A stretch of 63,652 nucleotides of DNA, the filler included, from Octopus bimaculoides (Eukaryota): NCBI RefSeq assembly GCF_001194135.2. It is 6 parts of 6 records of this genome, joined end to end, with 100 filler letters (N's around TTAATTAATTAA, not from the genome) between each part and the next. Parts side by side here need not be neighbours in the genome. Positions count along the whole stretch, not along the records: positions 1 to 14,684 come from NC_068982.1; 5 more parts are not named here. One strand, 5' to 3'. This document shows, in pieces, positions 1 through 13,770 of this stretch. Numbering within the stretch: position 1 is the first letter of the stretch; the number at the start of each line of letters is the position of its first letter. The translations under genes and the position numbers were made by a program. The notes beneath the pieces are model-generated. The model did no database searches. It saw only the letters and a program-made list of their open reading frames with translations, and was not told the origin of the DNA.

Positions 1-1470
1 TTACAATTTTTGATATATACGTACAGGTATGTGCATACCGACATCCACCTGTATGTATAGGTGCATATCTGGGTACAGGACATTGCAAACAAACGTAGAC
101 GAGAACACACGAGCCACATAGAGAACATTCTACTTCATCAGCTACCCACGTTTTAACACCGGCGTTTCGACGAGCTTCGAGCAGGACGCAACGTTAAAAC
201 GGCTCGTCCCATGGATCGCAGATTAAATCTGTATACGCAAATTAAATCTAGCCATGGAGGAATGTAGTGGCGGACAAAAAACAAGACAGGAAAACAAACA
301 GAAGGCTTTGCGGCCAGATAACACGTGCTTGAAAATATTAACAACTGAAAGCGTTTGCACATCTATTAAAACAAAGCCATACACATTTTGTGAAATTTCT
401 TCCCAATGGTTATGCCTTTCGACTTTCTAAAAAGGTTCTTTTCTCAATCTTAACTCTTTGAGAAAAAATCTTCTCTCAAAATATATACCAACAGAATGTG
501 GCAGTCCTATAAATGATGATGTTACTGTTGTTTTAGACCCAGGAAAACATTTTTTTCCAAATGGCTATCGACACACACTTGGTATCCGTATAGCAATTTG
601 CAAGGGAGGTCATCGCTTCTATCTCTAGCATTACGTGATACTCACAGACCTGAGGTTTCTTGGTGGTTACCCGTCCTCAGTGTGAAATAATCAGAAGCTA
701 CTGACGAAAGCTTTCTCCTCTGCTCGCAAATGGTATATCCTCTATAAGTGACGCACAGTCGCTAATCTCGTATAGAGAAAAACGATTTGTTTTAAATCTC
801 TGAGTGAGATATATACTGTAACAGTACTGAATGCTAATGTTTATATGCCACAAGGCACTAACTGGAAGGGAAACTATCTTAAATAGACGACAACGTCTGC
901 GTCCCTCGATATAAATTCATGAAAGCACGATTAAACTGATTTGGAACTACTAATTACAAAATAAAATTGACAGAAGTGATTTCCCTTGTTTCTTTACAAG
1001 GGACGTAAACGATAAGGTAATGCGGATTTGTCTCCCTTGTCTTCATTTTCTATTGTAATTCAGTTTAAACTAATCATGCTGTTAACTTGAAATGTCATGC
1101 GAGTGTGACTGTGTTCGGGAGTGTCTTTTTGGGGAGGCTGTGAGTGGTGCGTGCCAGCGCGCCCGCGTATGTGTCTATGCATACGTGCATGTGTGGGGGC
1201 GCGCGCGCGCATGAGTGCGTGTATGTGTGTGCTTGTGTGTGTGCATATGTGTGTGTGTGAGTGCGTGTATGTGTGTGCTTATGTGTGTGCATGTGTGTGT
1301 GTGTGTGTGTGTGTGTGCGTGCGCTCGCGCGTGTATTATATACATCAGTACTGGTAACGACTGAAATTGTAGATGCACACAACGAGGTATGTATATATAT
1401 TCATCAACAGAATCTAAAATTGGGAATCATTGTTCTGTCTTGGAATTTTTTTTTTTTTTTNNNNNNNNNN

Positions 1471-2600
1471 GAAAATCCTAGCAATTTAGAAAAAATTAAA
1501 AGCTGAATTTAAGAAAAAATTAAAAGCCATTTTGTGTAATGTCATTCAGAAGCTGCCAGTGACTGTACAAGATATAAAAAGTAAATCAGTGGAAGACAAA
1601 TATTTCATAAAATTGAAGGTAACCTTGAAAAATAAACAAAAGAGAGACACGAATGCGAACTATTTTTCACTCTGCGATTATGTATTAATGTACGCACAAA
1701 GAGTGGTAGTACCAACTGCACTACAGAAATGCGTATTACATGAATTTCATAGTGGACACCCGGGGATGTCAAGAATGAAAGCGTTCATGAGGAGTTACGT
1801 GTATTAGCCCACCACGGAACAGGACATTGAAAATTGTGGCCTGAGACTGATAGTCCATTGCCCAGCATAAATATAGAATACGCTGTACCGGTGAATGACG
1901 CGTACTACTTGATCATTGTTCATAGCTTTACCAAGTGGCCGGAAGTCAACCAACCTCAAATGCAACAATAAAGTTCCTGCGCGAACTTTTTTCTCGATAC
2001 AAATGCATGCAATCAGGCACATGTTTACCCTACCCTGCCACCTGAGGTTAGATGGGCAAGCAGAAGGATTCGTAGATACTTTCAAGCGAGCTTTAAAAAA
2101 ATGCAAGGAGCAAGTTAGGAAATGACGAAGCGCTAACTAAATTTTTAAGGGTGTATAAAATATCGCCCAATCCGAATACCAGTTCAGGCAAGTCGCCGGC
2201 AGAGCTAATGTTCGTCCGAACGATTAAATCGATCTTTGGCAAATTGTTGCCAAAGGGAAAAACCCTATAGAGAAAATACAAAAAATTAAAATAAACGTTT
2301 TGATGTCGGAGACAAAGTCCGTTTCAAAGTATACAAGAACGTTAAAGAGAGTTGGCAAGATAGTATAGTGACTAAAAGAATTGAAAACATGGTGTATTTA
2401 ATAAAAGGCCAACGATGGGAGCATAAACGACACCTAAATTAATTAAAATTCAGACATAGAGAAGCAAGGACGGAAATTCCAATGGAAGTGTTTTACGACA
2501 TCTTTGATGTGCCAGCACCGAAAGAGATTGTGACTAGAAGGAGCAGTAAAAGAGAACGTAAACAGATTGAACATCTAGAAATAATTCCTAAGCGGAAAAG
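1471..2600 (+). mobile_element. Ty3/Gypsy LTR retrotransposon, decayed integrase region
   Basis: Broken frames give VVVPTALQKCVLHEFHSGHPGMSRMKAFMRSYVY (integrase HHCC zinc-finger region) and YLIIVHSFTKWPEV / GQAEGFVDTFKRALKK (rve core), with multiple stops and frameshifts. Confidence 0.85.
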
Positions 2601-2643
2601 GTAATAAATTCCCTGGGGAAGCAAAATTTCAAAAAGGAAGAGG

Positions 2644-2956
2644 TGTTGGAAAGAGAGGTTAATAATAATAAGAAAATAAATTTCATTTCCTACGGAAGCC
2701 GAAATCTCAGAAGGGAAATGTAGCGAGTCTCTGCGAGAATAGACTTGAGCGAACGACTATAAATAGTAGCAATCTGAGTGTGAGAGAGAGGAGGAGGGAG
2801 AGAGAGAGAGAGTAGGTGTTAATCGCACGAAGTCGTAATGTGTCCTTTTGGTAATTGACGGAATATCGTTGCTGGCTCGTAAATAGTTCATGGAGAATTT
2901 GTTGCAATGTTACGTTGTTGTTACCCTGCTTCGTTATATATTTTATTATTACTACA
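2644..2956 (+). repeat. Probable LTR of the Gypsy element
   Basis: A polypurine tract AAAAAGGAAGAGG (2631-2643) is immediately followed by TGTTGG. A candidate ...ACTACA end lies at 2956; the right boundary may extend to about 3006. Confidence 0.55.
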
Positions 2957-3140
2957 CGGTTATAGTATAAACAATTATTGTCATAAATAGTGGCAATAAC
3001 TCAATAATTGGCGACGAGTAACTACGGTACAATACATACATATGTATGTGTGTATACATGCATACATACATACATGCATACATACATACATACATACATA
3101 CATGTGTTTTTCTCTTTATAATATAAGTTTGGAAGGTCAT

Positions 3141-4330
3141 CTATAGGACAGCAAGATTGTGAAGAAAAGTATCTTCTTTTAGCCATCGTCCTTTAAATCT
3201 TAATAAGATCTTGCAGATTTTCATAGTCCCAGACATCGTGATCATTTGTAGCTTATGAATTAAGAATTTGCGTTCTCTCCTGAAAATCCCAAGTTCAGCC
3301 ATACTTTGCTCCAGACAGGTTGTTATGTATCCCGTTCCTCCAATAACAATAAGCATGAAGCTGAAAGTGTTTCATCGGTACTGGATTTGCAAACTCTTTA
3401 TCAATGGTCCTTAGATGCCATCTTTCTCTTTAATTTTCTAACGACAATTGTGTCCAGGGGGCAGCTGATGTTCACAAGAGAACATATCTTTTATTTGTAG
3501 TCTCACAACGATATCTGGCCGGTTGTGTCTTAATTTTCAAGTTCCATCAATATTCTTTTAACCCGTCGGTCTCATTATGGTCGACTTCGTCTGTAGGTAT
3601 TTTCATTCTTATTATCCTGTTCAGACCCTTTTGGCCACAGCATTAAGCCCCCTCGGAACGTAATAACTGGAAGATATTCACTCGCAGTTGGCAATAATGT
3701 GGTTGATGCCTTCAGTATTAGTCGTGCACAGTCTACATTTGTTGTTTGTCACCGTTTTCTGCTCTTTATGTTGTAGGTACTTGATGAGGAATTCTTGTTC
3801 TTGGATTGCATGGATGTAGCCTTCAAAGTGTGGGGTCATAAACTTGTCGGTACTTCATGCTGACATAAGTGATCCCTTCTGTAGCTTGTGTTTTACGTAC
3901 CAAGTGCCAACGTGTTATCTTCTATGTAATCTGGTTCAGGCTTTTTCCATTATTCTGATAAATAGATTTTACCAACGTTCCTTGGAGAGAGATCTGTATC
4001 AACTCTTATTTCGGATCTTTTCTCAAGTTCATTAGCTATCCTAATTATGTTGTTGGTTTCGTGGTCATAAACTTGGGCAAGATAGTTACTGGTCTCTTTC
4101 CTCTATTGCAGATGTTTCAGTATCACAATACGTGCTTCCTATGACATCAGTACTGATTTGAGATTATGGCCATCATCCTTGCATAGGAAGTATAGCTTGT
4201 CTACATCTCCATTGATGTCGAAGTTTTCTGTAGCAGCTTGCGAGTTCGAAAATTTATCTCATTAAAATCTTGCAGTGACCAGTTCAGAAGAACAAACGTA
4301 GGCGTAAGGACATGTACTGCAAACGTGTTT
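3141..4330 (-). mobile_element. R4/Dong-like LINE 3' fragment (restriction-like endonuclease)
   Basis: PDIVV motif near 3510, and C-terminal IVIGGTGYITTCLEQSMAELG...LQMITMSGTMKICKILL, typical of the end of RLE-bearing LINE ORFs; decayed. Confidence 0.7.
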
Positions 4331-5759
4331 TGGGCAATATGCTTGTGGTAAGCTGAGTGTTCTGATGACTATTTTCTCATTACTCTCCTGAAGTATTTAT
4401 TTCTGATCCTCTCCTTATTTATGGATCCATCATATCAGACGTTCTCATCTTGTTTGCGATACTTATAATTGTCACTTGACTGTAGAGGCTGTATTGGCAA
4501 GCAGTTAATTCTTAGGTTTTCAGAAGAGGGAACAACGTTTCTACATTTTACAAGAAGAATATCAAAGACCGTTAAAATGCGCCCAAAGATCTTTCTAAAA
4601 GAAGAGATTTCTTAAACAATCCCCACATTCACACCAGCATTACCGACATTACCCCCGAAGCGACAAAAAAAAAGTCAAACCTGAAACCATTCTATTATCA
4701 ACAAGAAAGCGCATATAATATAACACCAACAAAAAGTAACATCTTAGTCTCATAAATCAAGTTTATGTTTTGAGGTGGCTACTTCTTGGTAGCTTATTGC
4801 TAGTTACTTTTTCTATGGAGAATCTCATACGCATCTGCAGTCGGCCTAGATCTGGAGACGGAAAAGCAGCAATATTTAATAAAGCATTGAATCTTGTAGT
4901 AGGATGTACTTCTTTAGCGCATACGATAAAGAGCAAGAACGCTTCAATGCATAATGCCATCTACTCTTGTTAGATAACACGGTGGATGAGTAATCGTCAC
5001 CTTCTCAAGAAATACGAAACTATGTTATTTGAAAAGGCTAATCTTGGCAAATCGATGGGCTTGCAGTTCATCACGTACGGTGATAAATCTATGCCGTCCT
5101 AGAGGATCGTCTGACATTAGACAGCCGGACTTGTTAATTTGCTCGTTTATTCTGGACATCCAAGAGCAATACTAAATCTGCGATGCACAAGCTATAATAC
5201 CGGTTACCTCGGATGATGTTACGAATATGGTAGCTTGTTTCACTAATAAGAAGACTGAAAAGTCGAACAGAAATTGCTTTCGCGTACTTCACCTTCGGTA
5301 TATATATATCAACTTTTATTGTTGTTCTTTGAGTAGAGTAGGGCGTCTGCTTACGTGCATCTCTTGTACAGAATGCGTGCAGTAAGTCGCGGCTCCTGAT
5401 GCGCTTATTTGCGCATTAAGATTCCTTCAGCAATGATTCTTTGACAGTGAACACGTGTGATTGCTCTTCGTCAGACATGTTTCCCGCAACTCATCTTTTC
5501 AAGGAAACTCTAGTCTTAGATCGAGTGAACACCAAGAACAGATGCCAACATTCAGAATGTGACAGTCCTCTATTTGCAAGGGAACACAGTTGATGGATAT
5601 TCTGGACTTCTACAGGATTCAACTGGTGTGTTCTGGGAAAACCTCCAACCTAAGGTCAATGTGTAAAATCAAGAAATCACCGGTTCAGCTGTTCTGTCTA
5701 TCATGGGATATCACCAGTTCAAGAGAAACACCACAGACATCGATGTGCCGTGATGCGGA

Positions 5760-6900
5760 ACCGAATGTGATGCCACATCTTTTCGATGTTTGTGAGCAAA
5801 TCTTTATATTTATCTCTTTTGCCGAGATATTATGATCCCAAAGAATACTTATGTCGATCAATAATCAGATGTTATTGTTTTCTTCTTTCACAGCAATATC
5901 CGGTTTATTGGCTTTGATGATCTTGTCTGTATGTGCAAGGAAGTCCCAAAGAGTTGTTACATTTTCTCCCTCATATACAGCCTCAGGGTGGTTCCTATAC
6001 CTAATGTCAAATGTTTTGATTTTATAATGCGGACATATTAACCAGTGTAGATATTGACCAACTCTATTATATCTTGATTTATACTGCATCAAGAGATTAA
6101 GTGATCCACTGTTTCAAACTCAACATTGTAGAATCAGCACTTTGGGTCTATTCCATTTTTCACCACATTGGCTTGGTATTTCCGGGTCAATAAGCTTTGA
6201 TCTTGAGCAACTAAGATGAAGCCTTCGCTCTCTGCCTTTAACTCTGAGCTCTGTAGCCATTGATGGGTTTGCTTCTGGTCAACATCAGCTTCTTTGCTAT
6301 GGGTCACATATTTTCCACGCAAAGATTTCTACTCCCACCTATTCTACATGCGTTTCTTTCCTTGCCGTTAATTTCACCTTCATTGCAGCAGCAGTTGCCG
6401 CACTTCTCTCATGCTCTTTGTGTCTGGGCATCATGCAAGAAATCAATAGCACGTTTTTGACAGAAAGAAGCTTCTTATGCCTATCGTGATTTTCAGCAAG
6501 TTTCTAAGGAAGAAGGACTACAAGACTCACTATCAGAGATATTTCTGAAGATGTCAACTTCTGGTTAGTAATTACCTTTGAGGCAAAATTTGGGAGGTAG
6601 TTAATATTGAAATAGAATTTGGCAATTTGTAGTAAGGGAAGACCACCATGAACATACAAGTCCTCTTGATCTTGCAGACCAGAAAATTTTGTTTCATAGG
6701 TAGAACTGAGAAGAAGAGCTTAACTCTCAGCATCCACGGTAGACCACCCAGCTCTTACATATGTGACAGTAAATCTATATAAAAGCTTCCTACACGCAAA
6801 GTACAAAAGGATAAACCAGTTACATGAACCTGTCGTTCCCAAACAAAACTAATGAGATGGCAAGTGAAATCGACACCATCTCATCGCCAGTAGTAAATTC
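5760..6900 (-). mobile_element. R4/Dong-like LINE fragment (RT C-terminus, zinc knuckle, RLE)
   Basis: GKYVTHSKEADVDQKQTHQWLQSSELKAESEGFILVAQDQSLLTRKY...PKC, followed by RYNRVGQYLHWLIC...LWDF..TDKIIKANKPDI. Confidence 0.8.
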
Positions 6901-9299
6901 TAGGACCAAAATTTTTCGTCTTCTAGCTACAGCTAACCACAACAGTAACTGTTAACACAAAGCAACAAAGAAATTCTTCCTGATTTGCAGCACCAGCCAT
7001 TTTGCTTATGATGATGGAACCAGGTAGTTCGGTGGGGGACAACAGACTTCTTTAAAAAGAAAAAAAAACAGGAAAACGAAAACAAAAAAACGCCTAGTGA
7101 CGATAAAAATTGTGAGATAGAGGATACCTCCTGCGAAGAAGGAATTTTTTCTTAGAAGTAAGACTTCTCAAAAAAAAAGATGCACCAATAACTTGCGGGC
7201 GGAATTAGCCCCCACCTTGCCCCGATATGATTAAAATGAAATTCGCAGTCATTTTGGAATACTTGTATAATATACACCAGGAATAATTACACAAATTTCG
7301 GATCGACAATGAAATGAGATCGCATTTTGAACTGCATGAAAAGTTCAGAATTATAATTCACAGATAGATTTTATGAAGTATTATATTTAACGGTCCAGAA
7401 GATGAGTTTCCTCACTTTCCCGATATAACACAAGATCTTCTCAAGAAAGAGTTTGGAATTTCCAGTCTTGAACAATAATGGAACTTAGCAATATGCATAT
7501 AATGCATATATTATTGGGTAAGTTGAGGTACTTTGATCAACGTAGTTTAAATTTTTATATGAATATATAGTTGTTTTATCTTACATTTTAAAAATAAATT
7601 TCTGATAAAATTTTTAGATTTCATAATTTTTAATTCGTTCATTTATATATTGTATAACGTCTTTCGTTCCTTTCCTTCCTTTGTATAACTTATCCGTTCC
7701 ACCCAATACAACTGAGTAATCTTATTATTGAACGTTTCTCTGTATTTTTCAGTATCTCTTCGAGCCACTGCAGCAAATAAAATAAAGTTCTTCTTCTTCA
7801 TCGTCGTCGTCATGTTGTCATCGTTGTTGTATTCCTTGCTAGAGAGATAATTGCAAAGGAAGAACAGCTGCTATCCTGCAATACTTCATTTCTATATAGA
7901 CTGTTCTCCTGTCATCCACCATCTGCTGAACATTAAATATTTCTAGTGTTGGAAATTAAGCAGCTAAATCTGTATATATAATCATATGTATTCGCGACAT
8001 AGATAGGCTGTAAATCATTTTAAACCATTTAGATATTGTCCATCGAACAAACAATCCGGTTCCATTAATATAGAAGCAAATTTCCATAACAATACTTTGC
8101 AAACAGAAATAAATGTTTCTTAGCTGTTAAGATACATGTTAAATCATATATTTAACTCTGGTCTGACGTCAGTATTTTAGTCGGATTATCAGCCGAATGT
8201 TGGAGAAACATGGCTTCATTAACGTTACAATACAACCAAAAAGAACCACAACTATGCAAAATGCATGTTTTGTTTAGCTGTTGAATTGGATGTCATATTG
8301 GTCAGCATTATCTTTAAAGCAGCGACAATGACAACAGAGAAGAACCAAATATGACTTTTCTTAGTTCTTTGATCACAACTCCGAGTATTTTCATATTACA
8401 CCAGTCATGACTTGTTAGAAAGTACAGCCAAATTTTTCATAAAACATGGCCTTTTCTCATAAAAGATTGGCACAATTAATGAAAAGAAAGAGAAGAGAAT
8501 GTAGTGGATGTATCTTTGTTCATAACCTGGTCGATCAGAGCTGACCTGGATTAAACAATAACAACAATAGGCATAAAATTCAGTATCTAACATTCGACAA
8601 GGTAATAACGAAGAGAATAAAGTACAGAAAACGAAAAATTAATATCCATCATAAAACACAAATCTACAACATATCATATAGTATCAGCAGTAGATAGCTT
8701 CATTAACAACTGTCACACCACCTTCTGTATAACAACAGTAACTTCGACTAATGTACCTGCATTCTAACAGCAATTGAACGTACTTATCAGGCATTTCTAG
8801 AAAATGATACACTAGAAACCACTCAAATAAGGCCAAACCATAATTTTAAACTCTTCCTTCCAGCTGAGACACTACAAGACATAACACCATCTAAATCTAA
8901 ACCACTGATTCAATGAAATCACAAGTCAAATAAATAAATGAATACAACGTAGAGCCTGACAGAAAATCTATCACTCACTGGAATGATTTTCCTCTACTAT
9001 TATCTTCTGCTATGCATGTCAACACTGCCAACTCTTCAGGGAAGTTACATCATCCAGACACAGTATTGTCCTATTTGCATATTGGAAGGTTTCCCATGTC
9101 ATAAAAAAATTCAACACACTTTTCCCCAAAACACAAAACAGACTTAAACTATTACATTAGACTAACTCATTATTTTCGATTCTAGCACAAAGATACATCA
9201 TGACAATCTTAGTAATAAAATCCTTCCATAAAATCCTTTCATACGCTATATCTTAACAACAATTTGCAGCACCAAATCTTTCGATTCCATTAATCGTTA

Positions 9300-9960
9300 T
9301 ACACATATTTAGAAATTGCCCAAATCTTTCCCACGAAACAACACACAGCTTGTTAGCAAATTATATTTTAAGTCACCAAGCTTATACAGTGTACACATAT
9401 ATATTTCCAGTATTTCCAATTGTACGATTGGATTACCACAAATATTCGTCTGATCACTTATTCTTTTCAATATGTAACAATACAAACACACAACAAACAG
9501 AGATGGCAAAGAAATTAAATATAACACTTCCACAACATAGGACATATAAAAGACACAGAAAAGACCACAAAATGTTATACAAAAGTACTTAGAACACTCA
9601 GTCGTATCTAAATTGATCCACAGACGTAAGCAAAAAAGATGTACAAAACATATCCTAAATCTATCATCGATTAAGCCTTCCAGTAAGCACGAGCATATAG
9701 AAATAAGGAAGAGCCTGAATATATTGCTCACCCAAAGAACTACAATTCTACTAAAAAAAAAAGACCACAATAGACTACAAAGAACTCAAAATAACACATT
9801 GCGCATCACCATACATTTTACTAGCGCACACAACCGACACAACAAAACAAAAGTTATGCAAAAAGTAAAAGAGTTCTTTGGATACGCAACGAGAACAGTT
9901 TGTTGCTGTACCAAACTTCGTCTATCACTGTGCAAACCAATATATAGAAAATGACATCCA
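9300..9960 (+). mobile_element. Highly decayed LINE RT C-terminal remnant (I/Ingi-like)
   Basis: KMLYKST and LQRTQNNTLRI...HNKTKVM resemble the LYKS.IR / LQR.QN..LR.I / H.ETKVL thumb-region motifs; many disruptions. Confidence 0.4.
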
Positions 9961-10420
9961 AACAGGCAGGCATTCACACAACGCTCATTAACACAACTAA
10001 AATATTGTTCTAAAAAGACTATCCCACCGATCAATTTCAAACTAAAATAAAATGAAAGAAACACAAAAAGAAATAATGTAGCATCATTAGCTTCAAACAC
10101 TGCACTGTATAGAGTCACAACAACCGTAGCTGTCTGACTTAATCAATCTTGTCTTCCTTCCCCGTCATCATCAGAATGTATGATTGTATAGGTCTACACT
10201 GAGCAGTGCGGAGAATGTACGAACAAAATACCAAGATAAACTGGACAGGAGTGAGGATGTATGGGTATTGAAAAGAAAAAAGACTTAGGCAGTAGAGATA
10301 ATATAGGGTATAATGAAATAGAGTGGTCAGTAGAAAGAATGTACAAGCATGACTAATACACATCAGAAAGAACTTGCGGGCAAAAATAAATAATGAATTT
10401 ATTGCTCACCCAAAGAAATA

Positions 10421-11611
10421 CGAGGATGAGTATAAGATTGATGTAATTTTTATCCTGTGATCCATTTTTCAATGAAATTATTTGATATTTGGTACCGAGG
10501 TAAAAGTACTTTTGGTTTTTAATTATCTGTTTTGTTTTTTTTTTTCCTTTTTTTTTATACAGATATATGAATAAATGATCTGATAGGAAAATGGCTGACC
10601 AGCTGGAAGTCCGTCAGAAGCAGAAAACTATAAGTTAGTTACTTGTTGACGAAAGACTCCTGTAAACATTCGCAAGCCACTGAATAATGTTTACTAAGTA
10701 AAAGCTTTAGACCACAGCAATATGTGGAGATGGGCTAGCCGTATGAACGAGGATTCGCCGGACTAAGAAGAATTGGGAAATTCAAACTTAGCAGACACGT
10801 CTCGTAGTCGTCGCCCGGCAACATCTGTCAACTCTGCCAACAAGGAAAAAGTAGTCGCTTTAACCATTGATGAGATTGGAGTTAACCATGGTAACGTACA
10901 TGGCATTATTGAGTCACTTGGACATTCAAAGGATGTGCCTGCTAGGTAACAAAACAACCAGAAAATGAGCACAGGACTGAAAGGGGTAACTGTTGCACTG
11001 AACTCTTTTCAAAAGCTCATAACCGATGGTGAAACTTGGATTGTGAATCAAGAGCAGAAAGACAATCAATGGAATGGCGTCATCCGAAGACAAGGCAGAA
11101 AAGTCAGCGGGAAAATTCATGGTGACTATCTTCTGAGATACTCAATGTGTTATTTTTGTCGATTTCGTATCAAAGACTTAGAGCAAGAATCCGCTGATTA
11201 AGAACAAATTTGGAGTTAGATAAAGTTCTTCAACACGACAATTCCATGCCATACCCAAATCTAAGAACAAGGGAAGCAATCACCTCTTTCTGCTGGGCAA
11301 CTCTGTTGCACTTGACCTGCTCATCTGACTTCAATCACTTTGTCCAATGAAAAAGGCACTGAAAGGCAAACATTATGGTGGTGATGGAAAAGTGAAAACT
11401 GTTTTAAAGAATTAGCTGAGCTTTATGAAGCTGGGATACATGCCGTCATTCGTTGGTGCAATACTGCCACTGAAAGAAGTGGTGATGGTGTTGAGAAGTA
11501 GGAGTGCGAATCTTTGATATTTAGCTTATATTTTAACATAGGATGTGTTTGGTTGTGTTCCTTATTTTTTATGGACTAAAACAAACTGTATTACTTTTTA
11601 ACTCACCCTTG
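10421..11611 (+). mobile_element. Mariner transposon, near full length, decayed
   Basis: Flanked by TA at 10419-20 and 11612-13. Imperfect TIRs: CGAGGATGAGT-ATAAG and (reverse complement) CAAGGGTGAGTTAAAAAG. Transposase remnants include RSRRPATSV and IGVNHGNVHGII. Confidence 0.8.
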
Positions 11612-12390
11612 TATATATATCTGCACGCCCTTCACTTCATCAAGCGCAGTTATCATTACACATCAAGTTGTGCAGTATCGTAACTAAGCAGAGATATACT
11701 ATAGCTGGGAAGATGACTCTATGGGCCGCCTCTCGTGGTTCACATGGGGTAACTACATATCCTGACTGTCAAATGGCACCCTATAAGATTCGTCACTATA
11801 CGTAGAAGTATGAAGTATGACCCTCAGCTAGACGAAAGAATATTATAATTGGAAGGAGAAATTTTAAGTGCGTCGCATTAAATTATTCAAAAACCGTCTA
11901 TCATAAGACTGACTGATAAGAGGTGATATACTGGTGGGTGTAGGAGAGGCTGTTATACAACAGCAGCAACAACATGAATAATAGAGATGAGTGAAAGAAT
12001 GAAAGAGAGAGAGAGAGAGAGGTAGAAAGAGTAGCTGTCTCTCCTTGAAATTACAGTGTACTGCATTACAATAAGGATTTCAAATCTGAAATAATTCTTT
12101 CTAAAACGACACCCTTCTGTCTTTTAAAAATACACAATGAATAAAAGAGTTCTAAATACACTGTTCTTGAAAATAAGAGAGGATTATCACGGCAACGATG
12201 CTTTTAATCGTAAGCTTAATCAATCAAGGATACATGACGAAAACAAGAACAACAGTATCTTAGAGAAGAGAGCTTGTTAAACAGACTTCCAGAAAGATTG
12301 GAAATGAAAACTAAGAAACCATTTTCACTCTCTGCTTATAAAAATGATACACCTTCACACAGGATGTGTTAATGTGTTGGTGCCATCTAA

Positions 12391-12575
12391 GGCGGCGAGC
12401 TGACAGAGTCGTTAGCACGCCGGGCAAAAAGCTTAGAGGGCATTTCGTCTGTTTTTATGTTCTCAGCTCCAATTCCAACAAGGTCGACTTTGCATTTCAG
12501 TTGAGGACTGGTGTCGATGTAATCGACTTAACACTCCCCCGTACTTGCTGGCCTTGTGCCAAAATTTGAAAGCAG
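12391..12575 (+). mobile_element. tRNA-derived SINE, family B (GGCGGCGAGCTGGCAGA... head)
   Basis: Homologous copies at 20036-20269 (+), 24050-24282 (-) and 28310-28450 (-). Confidence 0.75.
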
Positions 12576-13346
12576 TAGTTTGGGACAGTCTCATTGGCCA
12601 TCTGTCTAGCTTCACCGAACTTGAAGAGTTGAGAGATATAGCGCCCTCAGAGAAGTAAATAAGAGTATTATATAACTGACGAGTCGTTCCTACGTAGAAA
12701 TACTGTGAATAGATTATCATAAGTTTGCTATCTGATGAAATTTATGCTCCACTGGGTTAACATACTATAGGTAAGGCAACTGAAGAACAAATTGACTCAT
12801 CGATAAAAGATTGCCTTTAATAAAAGAGAGATGTATTATCTACCAGATTCTGTTTCAGATACTCTAATTCATTTCTTGATGTAACGCAAATATGAAACCA
12901 ACGCGACTTGAATTCAAATTACAGAGAGCTGGAATGAATGCTGAAAGGTTTTCTACCCAACTCTTTTATTATGATTCCGCCAACTGGAATATGAATATAT
13001 CGCTATAAATATCTTACAAATCATAGGAAGGTTGACTTTAACTTTCACGTACACTTTTCAAGAGTCGATAAAATAGATATTTTCCACTCGAGGTTCATAA
13101 AATCCACAATGCACATTTTCTATGTGTGCATATTAGAAAATCAATTTATTATTGTTATTTAAACAACAACAACAACAATCCTTAATCCTGGAAAGTAACG
13201 ACGAGTACAGCAAGATATCTTGAAAATCAGAAGAATGAAACTAAATATTACGTTGCAGTAAATCCGGTGTCCCCGTCTATGCTTCATCTTTTCCACTATC
13301 GACACTACTGAAATGATTTTTTCCTACAATATCAAATAAATATATA

Positions 13347-13495
13347 GGCGCAGGAGTGGCTGTGTGCTTAGTAGCTTGCTTACCAACCACATGGTTCCGG
13401 GTTCATTCCCACTGCTTGGCACTTTCTACTTTAGCCTCGGGCCGACCAAAGCCTTGTGAATGGATTTGGTAGACGGAAACTGAAAGAAACCCGTC

Positions 13496-13567
<72 letters not shown>

Positions 13568-13770
13568 TTGTGTGTCTGTGTTTGTCCCCCCAACATCGCT
13601 TGACAACCGATGTGCTTACGCCCCCGTAACTTTACGGTTCGGGAAAGGAGGCCGATAGAATAAGTACTAGGCTTACAAAGAATAAGTCCTAGGGTCGATT
13701 TGCTCGACAAAAGGCAGTGCACCAGCATGGCCGCAGTCAAATGACTGAAACAAGTAAAAGAGTAAAAGAG
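13347..13770 (+). mobile_element. tRNA-derived SINE, family A (GGCGCAGGAGTGGCTGTGTGG... head, internal TA/TG microsatellite)
   Basis: Pol III A/B-box-like head (GGTTCCGGGTTCA) and tail GACTGAAACAAGTAAAAGAG; many copies in this window. Confidence 0.8.

Noticed and set aside
120-185. Minus-strand GAAAC...CTGATGA arrangement suggesting a type II hammerhead
   Set aside because: No convincing stem II pairing could be formed.
7000-8760. Scattered minus-strand motifs resembling a decayed 7TM receptor or cyclic-nucleotide-gated channel
   Set aside because: The motifs fall in different frames with many stops, no coherent TM series emerges, and one apparent motif (IDLLS, near 6770) belongs to the adjacent LINE in another frame.
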